Positions 33,735-42,431 of a stretch of DNA of 64,000 nucleotides are shown here, in pieces. The notes below the pieces were generated by a model. The model worked only from the letters and a program-made list of their open reading frames with translations, did not search any database and had not been told where the DNA came from. This stretch comes from a virus (Duplodnaviria > Caudoviricetes). Location of the stretch: positions 16,024 through 80,023 of IMG/VR virus record IMGVR_UViG_3300049201_000008; one strand, given 5' to 3'. Position 1 is the first letter of the stretch, and each line of letters opens with the position of its first letter. The translations under genes were made by a program, and so were the position numbers.

Positions 33735-33965
33735 ATGATCTACGCGATTCGCTACATGAACGGCCGACACACCCTGATGGAGTTCGACAGCCAAGCGGCT
33801 GTCTCTCGGTACACAGCGGTTGTGCCTACCGCCACCGGGGTCGTCATGCGCCACGTCGATACGGCAACCGCCCGAAAGTGGGTGATCGACGGCAAGGAGC
33901 ACGAGACTGGCCTGTTCATCAATGACGACGGCAGCGTCGAGTATGCCCCTGCTGAAGGGGAGTGA
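33735..33965 (+). CDS. hypothetical protein
   Basis: 76 aa, GAGG SD. Confidence 0.6.
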   Translation: MIYAIRYMNGRHTLMEFDSQAAVSRYTAVVPTATGVVMRHVDTATARKWVIDGKEHETGLFINDDGSVEYAPAEGE

Positions 33966-34118
33966 CATAGGCCGTTTGCCCGATCCGCTCCGAGCTGTGA
34001 GTCCACTCCACGGACCGGGCAAACTACCGTCAGAGCAAGGAGCTTATCCCTTGAATGTGAGGAGCTGGGATACTCGACATGATCAACTCTTATCCCACGG
34101 ATTCGAGGGATACCCGTA

Positions 34119-34259
34119 ATGCCTCGCTTCAAAATCCTTAAGCATCGCCTGCCTATCGTCCCGCGGTTCGCCCATCACGTCGCCGGCCGCAAGCAGTTCG
34201 ACACTCGTTATTCCCCTGCCATAAGGGCAATGTGGGGCATTGGAGATTACGGGATATGA
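34119..34259 (+). CDS. small hypothetical protein (46 aa)
   Basis: Read manually: MPRFKILKHRLPIVPRFAHH...; ATGA-coupled to the next gene. Confidence 0.4.
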   Translation: MPRFKILKHRLPIVPRFAHHVAGRKQFDTRYSPAIRAMWGIGDYGI

Positions 34260-34471
34260 AGTGGGAAGACATCAAGCGCGTGGGTGATGATGCCCGCGTC
34301 TCCATCGCCGCCAATTCCGATCACCATTGGGATCGATCGTTTGCCAGCGGGGAATTTCTTGAGCCCGAACTATGGGAAGCGCTCCGCCTCGAAATGCAGC
34401 GGCGGTACCGCCGGGCAACAGGTGAGGAATTGGCAGTCCTGACAATCGTGAACAATCCGGAGGCAAAATGA
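34256..34471 (+). CDS. hypothetical protein
   Basis: MKWEDIKRV. Confidence 0.55.
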   Translation: MKWEDIKRVGDDARVSIAANSDHHWDRSFASGEFLEPELWEALRLEMQRRYRRATGEELAVLTIVNNPEAK

Positions 34472-34719
34472 AAAAGGTCCGCAACTACCTCAAGCGCCGC
34501 GACGGAACGCCATGGACGCATGGCAGCGTGCTCATGCATGTTGCTGATCGCATTGATGTCGCCAGCCGGGAAGGCAAAGGGCTCCACTTGTCGGCGGAGG
34601 AGGTGCTGGCGCTAGATTGGGCGGTGATCCGCGAGCACGGTTATGGGCTCAGTCCGGAGGAGAATTGGCGATCGATGTCAGCTCGTGAAGCCGCCGACGA
34701 GAAAGGCGAGGAGCCATGA
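34468..34719 (+). CDS. hypothetical protein
   Basis: 83 aa, GGAGG SD. Confidence 0.6.
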   Translation: MKKVRNYLKRRDGTPWTHGSVLMHVADRIDVASREGKGLHLSAEEVLALDWAVIREHGYGLSPEENWRSMSAREAADEKGEEP

Positions 34720-35087
34720 CCATCCCCGATGCAATGGTAACAGCCGGCGCTATTGCTGGTGATGTTACAGACGATAAAGCACGGCAGATAATCGAGGCGG
34801 CTCTTGCTGCTGAACCGGAAGTCAAGATCATGCCGAGAGGTGGCGTTGAGCGCGACTGGTGGACGGAATATCAATTGCTGTTGCGGCGGTTCAAGAAACT
34901 CGCCAAAGCTGCCCGTCAGTGCGTCGATGAAGTCGATGCCAATCTCACCAAAGATGACTGGCCGGTAAAGTACCGGGCTCCGTTCGGCGCGCTGATAAAA
35001 CTGCGGGAGGCTCTTCCTAAAACTTATGAGGAGTTCAAGGTGCGGAAAGCCTCCCTCTCCCCGTCTCCAGTACAGGAGGTGAAGTAG
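34716..35087 (+). CDS. hypothetical protein
   Basis: 123 aa, coupled. Confidence 0.6.
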   Translation: MTIPDAMVTAGAIAGDVTDDKARQIIEAALAAEPEVKIMPRGGVERDWWTEYQLLLRRFKKLAKAARQCVDEVDANLTKDDWPVKYRAPFGALIKLREALPKTYEEFKVRKASLSPSPVQEVK

Positions 35088-35333
35088 ATGTTCGACGTTG
35101 TCATTTATGACGCTGATACGGATGAGGAGATTATCCCGTCGTTGAAAATGGACATCAAGCCATCGGTAGGCGAGTCAGTCCACTATTGGGTTACGCATTT
35201 CCCGCGGCCCGATGGAGAGAAAATCGACATCGAGATTATCCGCTTGAGGCACGATATCCGCCATGCCCCAGACGAACGCCGGCTGGAAGATAAGTTCATT
35301 CACAGTTTGGAAATTTGGGGAAGACGGATATGA
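35088..35333 (+). CDS. hypothetical protein
   Basis: 81 aa, AGGAGG SD. Confidence 0.6.
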   Translation: MFDVVIYDADTDEEIIPSLKMDIKPSVGESVHYWVTHFPRPDGEKIDIEIIRLRHDIRHAPDERRLEDKFIHSLEIWGRRI

Positions 35334-35686
35334 GCGAGCGGCAGGAGTGCTTCGTATTTGGCAGCAACGCCGCGGGACGCCATGGCAAAGGTGCCGCCCT
35401 CTACGCCAAACAGCACCATGGAGCCATATATGGCCAAGGAGAAGGCTTGCAGGGCAACAGCTATGCGATCCCCACCAAGGACGCCAAGCTGCGTGTGCGT
35501 TCGCTGGACGATATCGCCGCCAGTATAGCCATCTTCCTCGAATTTGCGCTTTCACACCCGGAAATGAAATTCTTGGTTACGCCTGTGGGCTGTGGCCTCG
35601 CGGGATATCGGCAGGAAGAAATCAAACCGTTCTTTGATTTGCCGCTGCCGGCGAACTGCAGGTACAGCAAGGAGTGGGAGATTTAG
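35330..35686 (+). CDS. A1S_2505-family (macro-domain-like) phage protein
   Basis: FVFGSNAAGRHGKGAA...GEGLQGNSYAIPTK...FLVTPVGCGLAGY. Confidence 0.8.
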   Translation: MSERQECFVFGSNAAGRHGKGAALYAKQHHGAIYGQGEGLQGNSYAIPTKDAKLRVRSLDDIAASIAIFLEFALSHPEMKFLVTPVGCGLAGYRQEEIKPFFDLPLPANCRYSKEWEI

Positions 35687-35689
35687 ACG

Positions 35690-36013
35690 ATGCCCTGCCC
35701 CGTCTGCCGAAAGCTTCTCAGCGATGGATTGGACTTATGTGTCAGGGCGAGGAAGATGGACGCCATCGATAGGCGCGAAAGCACATTGGCTGCCTCGAAA
35801 TGCCGTGATGAGTGGGAAGGGAGCGCCCTTTTCGAAGAGTATGTAGCCGAGCATAATGCTGATCCGGAGTTCTGGTACAAGCAAATCGAAACCCGCAGCC
35901 TGACAATCCCAATCTGGTTTCAGGATCAATACGAAAAGGATCTGGCGATATGGGAGCAGGAGTCGAGGAAGCATCTCTTGGCCGGCTGTGAAAACGGAGA
36001 GACTTTGCGATGA
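35690..36013 (+). CDS. hypothetical protein
   Basis: MPCPVC; 107 aa. Confidence 0.6.
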   Translation: MPCPVCRKLLSDGLDLCVRARKMDAIDRRESTLAASKCRDEWEGSALFEEYVAEHNADPEFWYKQIETRSLTIPIWFQDQYEKDLAIWEQESRKHLLAGCENGETLR

Positions 36014-36117
36014 GGTTCCGCAACGACTCCGAAATCATCTGGAAAATCGTCATCTTCACCGCACCTATTGTGGTTTTGGTTGCGATCGTCGGTAAGATGC
36101 TTGGGTGGGATCAGTGA
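36010..36117 (+). CDS. small membrane protein (35 aa)
   Basis: Read manually: MRFRNDSEIIWKIVIFTAPIVVLVAIVGKMLGWDQ; coupled both ends. Confidence 0.5.
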   Translation: MRFRNDSEIIWKIVIFTAPIVVLVAIVGKMLGWDQ

Positions 36118-36341
36118 GCGACGTTTATTCACCCGGCTATGTCCAATTCCTCCGTGGCCGGAAGATGCGCCGCGATGGGCTGCCCTGCCCTCCAAAGGCT
36201 GACGAAGAGATCGATCCTCAAGCACAGTCGCCAGAAGCAATGTTGTGGATCGGCTACCGGATCGAGATGTGGCAAGAGTGGGACGAGAGGAAAAGGATAG
36301 CCGAGATGCTCGGCATGCCAGAACCGGAGTGGAGAGAATGA
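36114..36341 (+). CDS. hypothetical protein
   Basis: GTG start coupled to the upstream stop. Confidence 0.55.
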   Translation: MSDVYSPGYVQFLRGRKMRRDGLPCPPKADEEIDPQAQSPEAMLWIGYRIEMWQEWDERKRIAEMLGMPEPEWRE

Positions 36342-36721
36342 CGCGCGTGCTTGTTTGCGGCGGACGAAACTTCTCAGATCGCGAACTGCTTCGAAAGACG
36401 CTGGACGATTTGAAGCCGTCCCTCATAATCGAAGGCGGCGCCCGTGGAGCAGATTGGATGGCGATGACGTGGGCGATTGATTGCGCTGTTCCGCGGATGC
36501 GCTTCGATGCGGAGTGGGGCGATATCAGTCATCCAGACGCCCGTATCAAGACAGACAAAAGCGGCTACCGTTACGACGCCAATGCAGGGCCGCGACGTAA
36601 CCAGCGCATGATCGATGAAGGAAAGCCGGATCTGGTGCTGGCCTTCGCCGGAGGCTCAGGGACCGCGGATTGTGTCCGCCGCGCCAAGCGGGCCGGTATC
36701 GAGGTTATGGAAATCAATTAG
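36338..36721 (+). CDS. SLOG-superfamily protein (DUF2493/YspA-like)
   Basis: VLVCGGRNF, IEGGARGAD, AGPRRNQRM, LAFAGGSGTAD. Confidence 0.88.
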   Translation: MTRVLVCGGRNFSDRELLRKTLDDLKPSLIIEGGARGADWMAMTWAIDCAVPRMRFDAEWGDISHPDARIKTDKSGYRYDANAGPRRNQRMIDEGKPDLVLAFAGGSGTADCVRRAKRAGIEVMEIN

Positions 36722-36761
36722 TGGAAGAGATCGGCGTGAAGCCGTGGAAGGCTGGTTGGGA

Positions 36762-37109
36762 ATGAGCTACCGCAAGATCACTGTCGACGGGCAGACATAC
36801 GAATATATGATCGGCAAATCCAACCTGAAGGTTCAAGGATTCCCGGCGGTGGACTTTTCGACTCTCACCGGCTGGACTTGGGGTGCGATCGAAAAAGCCC
36901 AATGGAAGCGCAGCTTCAGCATCAAGCCGGCTGAAGTTGCTGACTTCATTCGAAGCGCAATCAAACGCCGCGAACAGATGCTCGACATCATGCGCTCCGC
37001 AGTGGAGAATACCGCCAAAAGGCCGCCGGGCTGTCGCGGACCCTACGTAATCCCCGATGAACAGTTGCAGATGCCGTGGAAGGAGGCTGAAGATGTCGAC
37101 AATGGTTGA
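36762..37109 (+). CDS. hypothetical protein
   Basis: MSYRKITVDGQTYEYMIG. Confidence 0.6.
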   Translation: MSYRKITVDGQTYEYMIGKSNLKVQGFPAVDFSTLTGWTWGAIEKAQWKRSFSIKPAEVADFIRSAIKRREQMLDIMRSAVENTAKRPPGCRGPYVIPDEQLQMPWKEAEDVDNG

Positions 37110-37341
37110 GCGAGTAGCCGCGAGTATCTTGGCCAAAGTGCCAGATGGCTACGGCATGACGAAACAGGAAGCTATGGAATATGCCGTCACGGCAATCGGC
37201 GCCATGAGAAACCATACGAGCGCAATGGATTCCGCTGGCTACGACGCCTATCCTTCGTCCGTCATCCGAACCGGCGTTGACCATCTCGACATATACCGGG
37301 CAATGATCGACGCAGCCCTGAACGAGAAGCAGTCGCCATGA
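37093..37341 (+). CDS. hypothetical protein
   Basis: MSTMVERVA...YRAMIDAAL. Confidence 0.6.
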   Translation: MSTMVERVAASILAKVPDGYGMTKQEAMEYAVTAIGAMRNHTSAMDSAGYDAYPSSVIRTGVDHLDIYRAMIDAALNEKQSP

Positions 37342-37685
37342 CATCCGAACCCGATCCCACCCTCTCCCGCTTCATCGCCCTCCTGAAGGAACTAGGAGGC
37401 GCTCGGCTTGCATCTGGCGAGCATCCAAACAAAGAGCTTGTCGAAGATGTCCAGCGGCTGATTGGGGAACTGAAGGGGATGTTCCCGCAATGGGAGCCGA
37501 TAGAGACGGCTCCGCGTGACGGGACTCGCGTACTCGCTTATGTCCCTGAATACAGCGATATCCCCATTGTGGCGGCCTATAGCCTTGAAGATCAGGTGTG
37601 GATGACGACGCATTTTGAATGGCTGACGTGGGCGCCCACGCATTGGATGCCTCTTCCCGAAGGGCCGAAAGGAGAGCAGAAATGA
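37338..37685 (+). CDS. DUF551-like domain protein
   Basis: WEPIETAPRDGTRVL...PTHWMPLP. Confidence 0.8.
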   Translation: MTSEPDPTLSRFIALLKELGGARLASGEHPNKELVEDVQRLIGELKGMFPQWEPIETAPRDGTRVLAYVPEYSDIPIVAAYSLEDQVWMTTHFEWLTWAPTHWMPLPEGPKGEQK

Positions 37686-37999
37686 AAGCAACATCGCTTG
37701 AACAATCATATGTCATGAACATGCGCCGCCAGCGTGCGGAAGCATTGTCGCATCTGACAATGCAGAAAATTCAGGAGTTCATCCATCCTGACGATCGAAA
37801 ACATGCTCACTATGCGCTCTTGAATTTGTTCATGGATAAAGGCTTTGACGTCGTAACTGACGAGATGCGAGAGAGGGCCGGGCTGGAGCCGCGTGGCGAA
37901 TTGGGATGGACCGAGCGGGAGTTGCATGTCATCGAAAACGTGAGGATTCTCGAAATGCTCAAGCCGGCATCCGCAACACTTCCATTATCTGGGCTATGA
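37682..37999 (+). CDS. hypothetical protein
   Basis: 105 aa, coupled. Confidence 0.6.
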   Translation: MKATSLEQSYVMNMRRQRAEALSHLTMQKIQEFIHPDDRKHAHYALLNLFMDKGFDVVTDEMRERAGLEPRGELGWTERELHVIENVRILEMLKPASATLPLSGL

Positions 38000-38250
38000 C
38001 CCGAGAGCGCCAACTCAAATACGAATGGCGTCGTACCTGGGAGGATCAGCCACACGATTTCACAGGCTGGGACGGCGATTGGCAGATCGGCCGCGTCCAC
38101 CGTCACCACATGAAGAACTGGATATGGACTATGTGGTTTGACGCCGGAGGCCCCGTAGAGGTGAGCAGCAACGGCACCCATGAGGATAAGATTGGCGCAT
38201 GCAAAGAGGTTGAGGCGGCATACGATGCCGAGAAAGGGAAACGAAAATGA
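37996..38250 (+). CDS. hypothetical Trp-rich protein
   Basis: YEWRRTW...IGRV...WIWTMW. Confidence 0.6.
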   Translation: MTRERQLKYEWRRTWEDQPHDFTGWDGDWQIGRVHRHHMKNWIWTMWFDAGGPVEVSSNGTHEDKIGACKEVEAAYDAEKGKRK

Positions 38251-38570
38251 AACCGCCAAAGAGAGTGGAAGTTCGTAACACTGAGTCTGAACAAGGATTT
38301 ACCTTGCCATTGAAGGATTTTGTAGAGCAACTTCGGCTAGATCTCGAATCCGTGCCGCCAGAGCATAGAGACGCTGCTTGGGTCAGCTTCAACCCTTTTG
38401 TTCAGGGTTACGATGCCGCCGGATCGCGGATATCGGTATTTTACGAACGGCCCCGCACTGCGGAAGAAATAGCCGAAGAACAGCGGGCTAACGACGCTCG
38501 GAAGGCGCAGATGCTGGCAAACGCGAAAGAAAGTTACGAGAAGCTGAGGGAAGAGGTTGAAGGCGGCTGA
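38247..38570 (+). CDS. hypothetical protein
   Basis: 107 aa; last gene before the terminator. Confidence 0.65.
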   Translation: MKPPKRVEVRNTESEQGFTLPLKDFVEQLRLDLESVPPEHRDAAWVSFNPFVQGYDAAGSRISVFYERPRTAEEIAEEQRANDARKAQMLANAKESYEKLREEVEGG

Positions 38571-38576
38571 ACGACG

Positions 38577-38611
38577 AAAAAGCCCCGCCAACCACAAAGG
38601 GTCAGCGGGGC
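38577..38611. terminator. intrinsic terminator between convergent operons
   Basis: GCCCCGC...GCGGGGC stem with A-tract on the left (U-tract for the minus-strand late transcript). Confidence 0.7.
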
Positions 38612-38657
38612 GATAGTTGATGAGGCAGCGTCTAACTGCTGTGGGAGGCGAGAGTTC

Positions 38658-39182
38658 CTACCCGAACCGAGTGCCGGCGACGAACGCTATAATCATACCG
38701 AACACCACAAGGACGACTTTCCAGAAGCCGCCAGGAAACCGCGGACTGAGGATTTCATCGCTCGGGCTGGTGGCCACGCGGAAGGCTCCTTTGGCGATCA
38801 TGAACGCCCCAAGTGACGAATACCAAGTCAGGCTCCATGTTGCCGGCTGCCCGAAGTGATCCCAGATGAGACGATACATGCCGGTATAGAGCAGCCCGAG
38901 CCCGAGTTCGCAGGTTCCAAGAATCGCATGATGGGCACCGTATTTCCCCCGCTCCTGCCTCCACAGGATATCCCACGTCTTGCTGGCATATCGGAGGAAC
39001 ATGTAGCCGCCGGCCATGAGAAGCAGGATAGCAACGACCTTGAACACATATGGTTTTGGAGTGACTACCCCGATCCCGACATAGGCTCCGTAGACGATGA
39101 GGAGCGTCAGGAGCAGCCAGTTCCCGCGAAGATGGCTCATGATTCCCACCGTCCTTGTATCATTCGGTTTGCGTTTTCCCAC
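38658..39182 (-). CDS. multi-pass membrane protein (lysis-cassette end)
   Basis: About five hydrophobic segments. Confidence 0.7.
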   Translation of the reverse strand: MGKRKPNDTRTVGIMSHLRGNWLLLTLLIVYGAYVGIGVVTPKPYVFKVVAILLLMAGGYMFLRYASKTWDILWRQERGKYGAHHAILGTCELGLGLLYTGMYRLIWDHFGQPATWSLTWYSSLGAFMIAKGAFRVATSPSDEILSPRFPGGFWKVVLVVFGMIIAFVAGTRFG

Positions 39183-39340
39183 GTCAGCATGACGCGATCC
39201 CCGGCGCTCAAGCGCTGCACCGACTGGAGGAATTCACCTCGCTCCTGCTGGAGCAGACGGTGAGATGCTTCCTGTTCGGCGATCATTTCCGGCGTCGGCT
39301 TGATGTCGCCTACGAGCCATTTGCGCAGCAACCGCATCAT
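39137..39340 (-). CDS. hypothetical protein
   Basis: 67 aa, coupled. Confidence 0.5.
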   Translation of the reverse strand: MMRLLRKWLVGDIKPTPEMIAEQEASHRLLQQERGEFLQSVQRLSAGDRVMLTWENANRMIQGRWES

Positions 39341-39633
39341 GCGTTCTTCCTCAGAACTTCCCGGATGGTGGTTTGCATTTCCTTGACACTGTCCTGCAGT
39401 CCTTCGACGGACTTCGTGACATGCGCCATATTGCGGTAATCCTCACGCTGTTCAGCCCTCGTCTTGTCGTGGGCTTCCCGTTCCGATTTGAAATCTTCTT
39501 TCAACTCTTTGATGATCCCGCCGTAGAAGCGGCTCTGCCAGACGATCGCGATGAGAAGCAGGATGATGACGCCGCCCAGGACGGGGCTCGCATCAGTGAA
39601 TCCCTTTATCGCTGTCCCGATGCTTTCTTCCAT
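39337..39633 (-). CDS. single-TM coiled-coil protein (holin- or i-spanin-like)
   Basis: VLGGVIILLLIAIVW followed by a charged coiled coil. Confidence 0.6.
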   Translation of the reverse strand: MEESIGTAIKGFTDASPVLGGVIILLLIAIVWQSRFYGGIIKELKEDFKSEREAHDKTRAEQREDYRNMAHVTKSVEGLQDSVKEMQTTIREVLRKNA

Positions 39634-39656
39634 GCTTGCGCCGCTTAATTGCTAAA

Positions 39657-40112
39657 TCAAAGAGTATGACGAGGGCTATGAAGACGAGAATAGAAACGAT
39701 GAAAACGACTTCCCTCATGCCTTCCCACCGTATCGATGATGCCGGTTCCGGCTATGGAGAGAAGCGCTCCGGCGTTGCAGGCCTCTAGGAGCGCGGCATA
39801 TACCCAATCCTCTTGGATAGCCCCGCCGATACGAAGCACGCTCGAAAACACCGAGGCAAGGAAGCCGATGGCGATCCCGAGTTCCCAATCCTCGCGATAG
39901 GAACTGATGACGAGAACGCACACCAGCGCGTCACAACTGAACGTGAGGATCGGATGCATTTCAGGATGATCGCCATAGTCCAGAAACAGCGTCGTGACGA
40001 AGAATGAAGCCCCGCCCGCAGCTATCCACCACCAGGCCCTAGGAACGCGCCAGGAGAGCGCCATGGCGATCAGAGCAAGGAAGATAAGCGAGTATGTCCA
40101 CGGGCTGCTCAT
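39657..40112 (-). CDS. multi-pass membrane protein
   Basis: About five TM segments. Confidence 0.7.
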   Translation of the reverse strand: MSSPWTYSLIFLALIAMALSWRVPRAWWWIAAGGASFFVTTLFLDYGDHPEMHPILTFSCDALVCVLVISSYREDWELGIAIGFLASVFSSVLRIGGAIQEDWVYAALLEACNAGALLSIAGTGIIDTVGRHEGSRFHRFYSRLHSPRHTL

Positions 40113-40139
40113 TGTCGTTCCCCTCGAATCTGGAGTTGG

Positions 40140-40478
40140 CTAGCGTCCACCACCCTCTGTATGAACACCACCGATCGGAATGCCGCCAGCAGTGGTGACG
40201 CTGCCGAGATCGGCGCCCGCGGCAATGCATGCATCCGTCTGCTTGCGATGGAGTTCGGAAAAAAGGAGTGCCGAAGATGCGACAGAACCTTGGGCTTGGC
40301 GCGCTTCTGCAATGATGCTTTTCGCGGCGATGCCCTGCACCATGCCGAGCTTGATGCCGGATTCGGTGATCTTGGTGAGTTTGCCGGCCCATTCGTAGGC
40401 TTTCGCCAGGTGTTTATCGAGTTGGGCCTGAGCCTCAACGCCAGCAGTTACGACGCCTTCAATGGTATCCAGTGCCAT
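40140..40478 (-). CDS. hypothetical helical protein ending GGGR
   Basis: 112 aa; C-term IPIGGVHTEGGGR. Confidence 0.65.
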   Translation of the reverse strand: MALDTIEGVVTAGVEAQAQLDKHLAKAYEWAGKLTKITESGIKLGMVQGIAAKSIIAEARQAQGSVASSALLFSELHRKQTDACIAAGADLGSVTTAGGIPIGGVHTEGGGR

Positions 40479-40502
40479 GGTGACTGTCCTTTTGTGCGCG
40501 GG

Positions 40503-40871
40503 TTATTTGGCCGATGGCGGCACGACAATGTTGGGCTGGCTGTCAGGAGTCTGGATCACAACGGGCGCGCTCGCTGGGATTTGCTTGTCGACTTCCTTGG
40601 CAACTGCCGCCGCCTTGTCTGAGCTGGACTTAGTCATCGTCGCATAGATAGGCGCGATGAGAGCAACAAGTCCCGCGATGGCCGCAATCAGTTCAGGTAG
40701 CCGTCCGCTGATCTTATCGACTACCTCAGTAATGCGAGCCACTTGCTCCGGCGTGAGAGCGCCAATGGTGGCGAGGATGAAAACCAGCGAGCCGACAATC
40801 GTCGTGATGTAGCGGATAGCTACGCTAGGCGCTGTGGCGGATGTGAATAGGTTTGTGATGCCCTTGAGCAT
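40503..40871 (-). CDS. putative holin
   Basis: Two TM segments, basic C-terminus, immediately after the endolysin. Confidence 0.65.
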   Translation of the reverse strand: MLKGITNLFTSATAPSVAIRYITTIVGSLVFILATIGALTPEQVARITEVVDKISGRLPELIAAIAGLVALIAPIYATMTKSSSDKAAAVAKEVDKQIPASAPVVIQTPDSQPNIVVPPSAK

Positions 40872-40896
40872 GGTGGAGTCCTCTGTGGTGAGAAAT

Positions 40897-41628
40897 TTAA
40901 GCTGCGAGCTTGGCCAGCGTCTTCGGCCCTGCGATGCCATCGGCAACCAATCCCGCCGATTTTTGATAGGCGATCAGCGCCGCCTCAGTGCCGTAACCGA
41001 ACACGCCATCCGGCTTGCCCGGCTGAAATCCGCACCGGATGAGATCGCGCTGGAGATTGGCAACCGCCTCGCCACGTTCGCCGCGCCTCAAGACACCATC
41101 TGACATAGCGTCATCTGGAGGCATGGAAACGCTTCCGCCTGACGCATACTTGCCCGTGGAGAGCAATCGGGCTTCATCTGCCCTGCGGCTCACAAGGCCA
41201 GCCAAACGCTTTCCTTGAGCGGTAATGGCCGTGTTCTTCAGCTTTTCAGCGGCGCCCGCATAGTCGCCTGCCTTGGCGAGTTGAGCCCACTGCCAGGTAA
41301 GCGCCCCTGCCCCACAGTTGAACACCATCGATGTCATCGCGTCGAAAACATTCTGAGCCACGGGCTTACCGAGGAACTTGTTCACCGCCGCACCGTATTC
41401 GCCATCGGCAAGGGCTACGAGCGCGTCATCGGCTTCAGCCCTTGTCATGGTGGCGCCCGGCGCAAAAGCCTGTCCTGGGCGATGTGCGTCCCACCATTTC
41501 TTGAAGGACGATGATCGCATAGTGAAGCCGACACCAATCGTAGCGATTCCGACAGGATCGCTATACCAGTGATCAACGAAGCCCTCGTGCAGACGGATAT
41601 CCGCTGCGCCCTGTGCTGACAGTCGCAT
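40897..41628 (-). CDS. endolysin: GH24 lysozyme + peptidoglycan-binding domain
   Basis: HEG...YSDPVGIATIGVG, LAGLVSRRADE; C-term DGVFGYGT...Q...GLVADGIAGPKT. Confidence 0.93.
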   Translation of the reverse strand: MRLSAQGAADIRLHEGFVDHWYSDPVGIATIGVGFTMRSSSFKKWWDAHRPGQAFAPGATMTRAEADDALVALADGEYGAAVNKFLGKPVAQNVFDAMTSMVFNCGAGALTWQWAQLAKAGDYAGAAEKLKNTAITAQGKRLAGLVSRRADEARLLSTGKYASGGSVSMPPDDAMSDGVLRRGERGEAVANLQRDLIRCGFQPGKPDGVFGYGTEAALIAYQKSAGLVADGIAGPKTLAKLAA

Positions 41629-41660
41629 GACAATGTTTCCTGATTTTAGGTTGGATTAAT

Positions 41661-42431
41661 TCACGCGCCGACTGCGCTCATCCACTGAGTAACGATCGTG
41701 TTGAGGGCGGCATGCTGCGGCGAAGTCAGTGCCGCTCCGAATGCGGCAAACGAAATCTGCGACGAGCTGAAGCCGACTGCATTGGCAGCGCCTATCCAGA
41801 TCGAGGCGTTGCTCATTGACGTGGATGTCGCTGTGGGGGTGTTCACGCTGACACCAGCGACATATCGGTTGAAGTTGGCAGAGCCGAGGCGGCGTGCGGC
41901 AAACAGTCCTGTCTTGGTCACCCCGATATCGAAGGTCGAGGATGAGCCATCATTGACTTTTCCGGCAAACAGGGTGCCTGTGCCCGGTAGCCCGATATAT
42001 GCTTGGGCATTACCCATGACCGGCCTGTTTGACCCGCCAGTGGCAACTCGTTGATAAAGAGCCAGGGTTACGTTGTCCTGTGTGAACTTTGGGGCTATCG
42101 CCGTGGTCGGGTTGAACCCGGTATCGAGATAACTCGTTGATTGATCGCCGGTATACCCTCGATCCGCGACAAATGCTGGGGAATTGACACCGGAGAGATT
42201 ATATTGGTCGGCAATCCAATTGCGGGTAGCGGCCTGGCTGTCAGCCGCGGCAGTAAAATACAGCCCATCAAGCAGAGGCCATATCCCCGCCGCCTTTAGC
42301 GAGCGTATCGTCTGGTTGATGAGTTTTGCCCTCGTGTCTGTGGGCACCGTTGAGAACCGCGCAAAGAGCGCCAGCGTTTCCCGCAGATAGCCGCCACCCG
42401 AGAGTGCTGCCCCTAATGCTCCATTAAACAC
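41661..42431 (-). CDS. virion/tail-associated beta-sandwich protein
   Basis: LKAAGIWPLLD...RGYTGD...YLDTGFNP; late-gene position. Confidence 0.6.
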   Translation of the reverse strand: MFNGALGAALSGGGYLRETLALFARFSTVPTDTRAKLINQTIRSLKAAGIWPLLDGLYFTAAADSQAATRNWIADQYNLSGVNSPAFVADRGYTGDQSTSYLDTGFNPTTAIAPKFTQDNVTLALYQRVATGGSNRPVMGNAQAYIGLPGTGTLFAGKVNDGSSSTFDIGVTKTGLFAARRLGSANFNRYVAGVSVNTPTATSTSMSNASIWIGAANAVGFSSSQISFAAFGAALTSPQHAALNTIVTQWMSAVGA

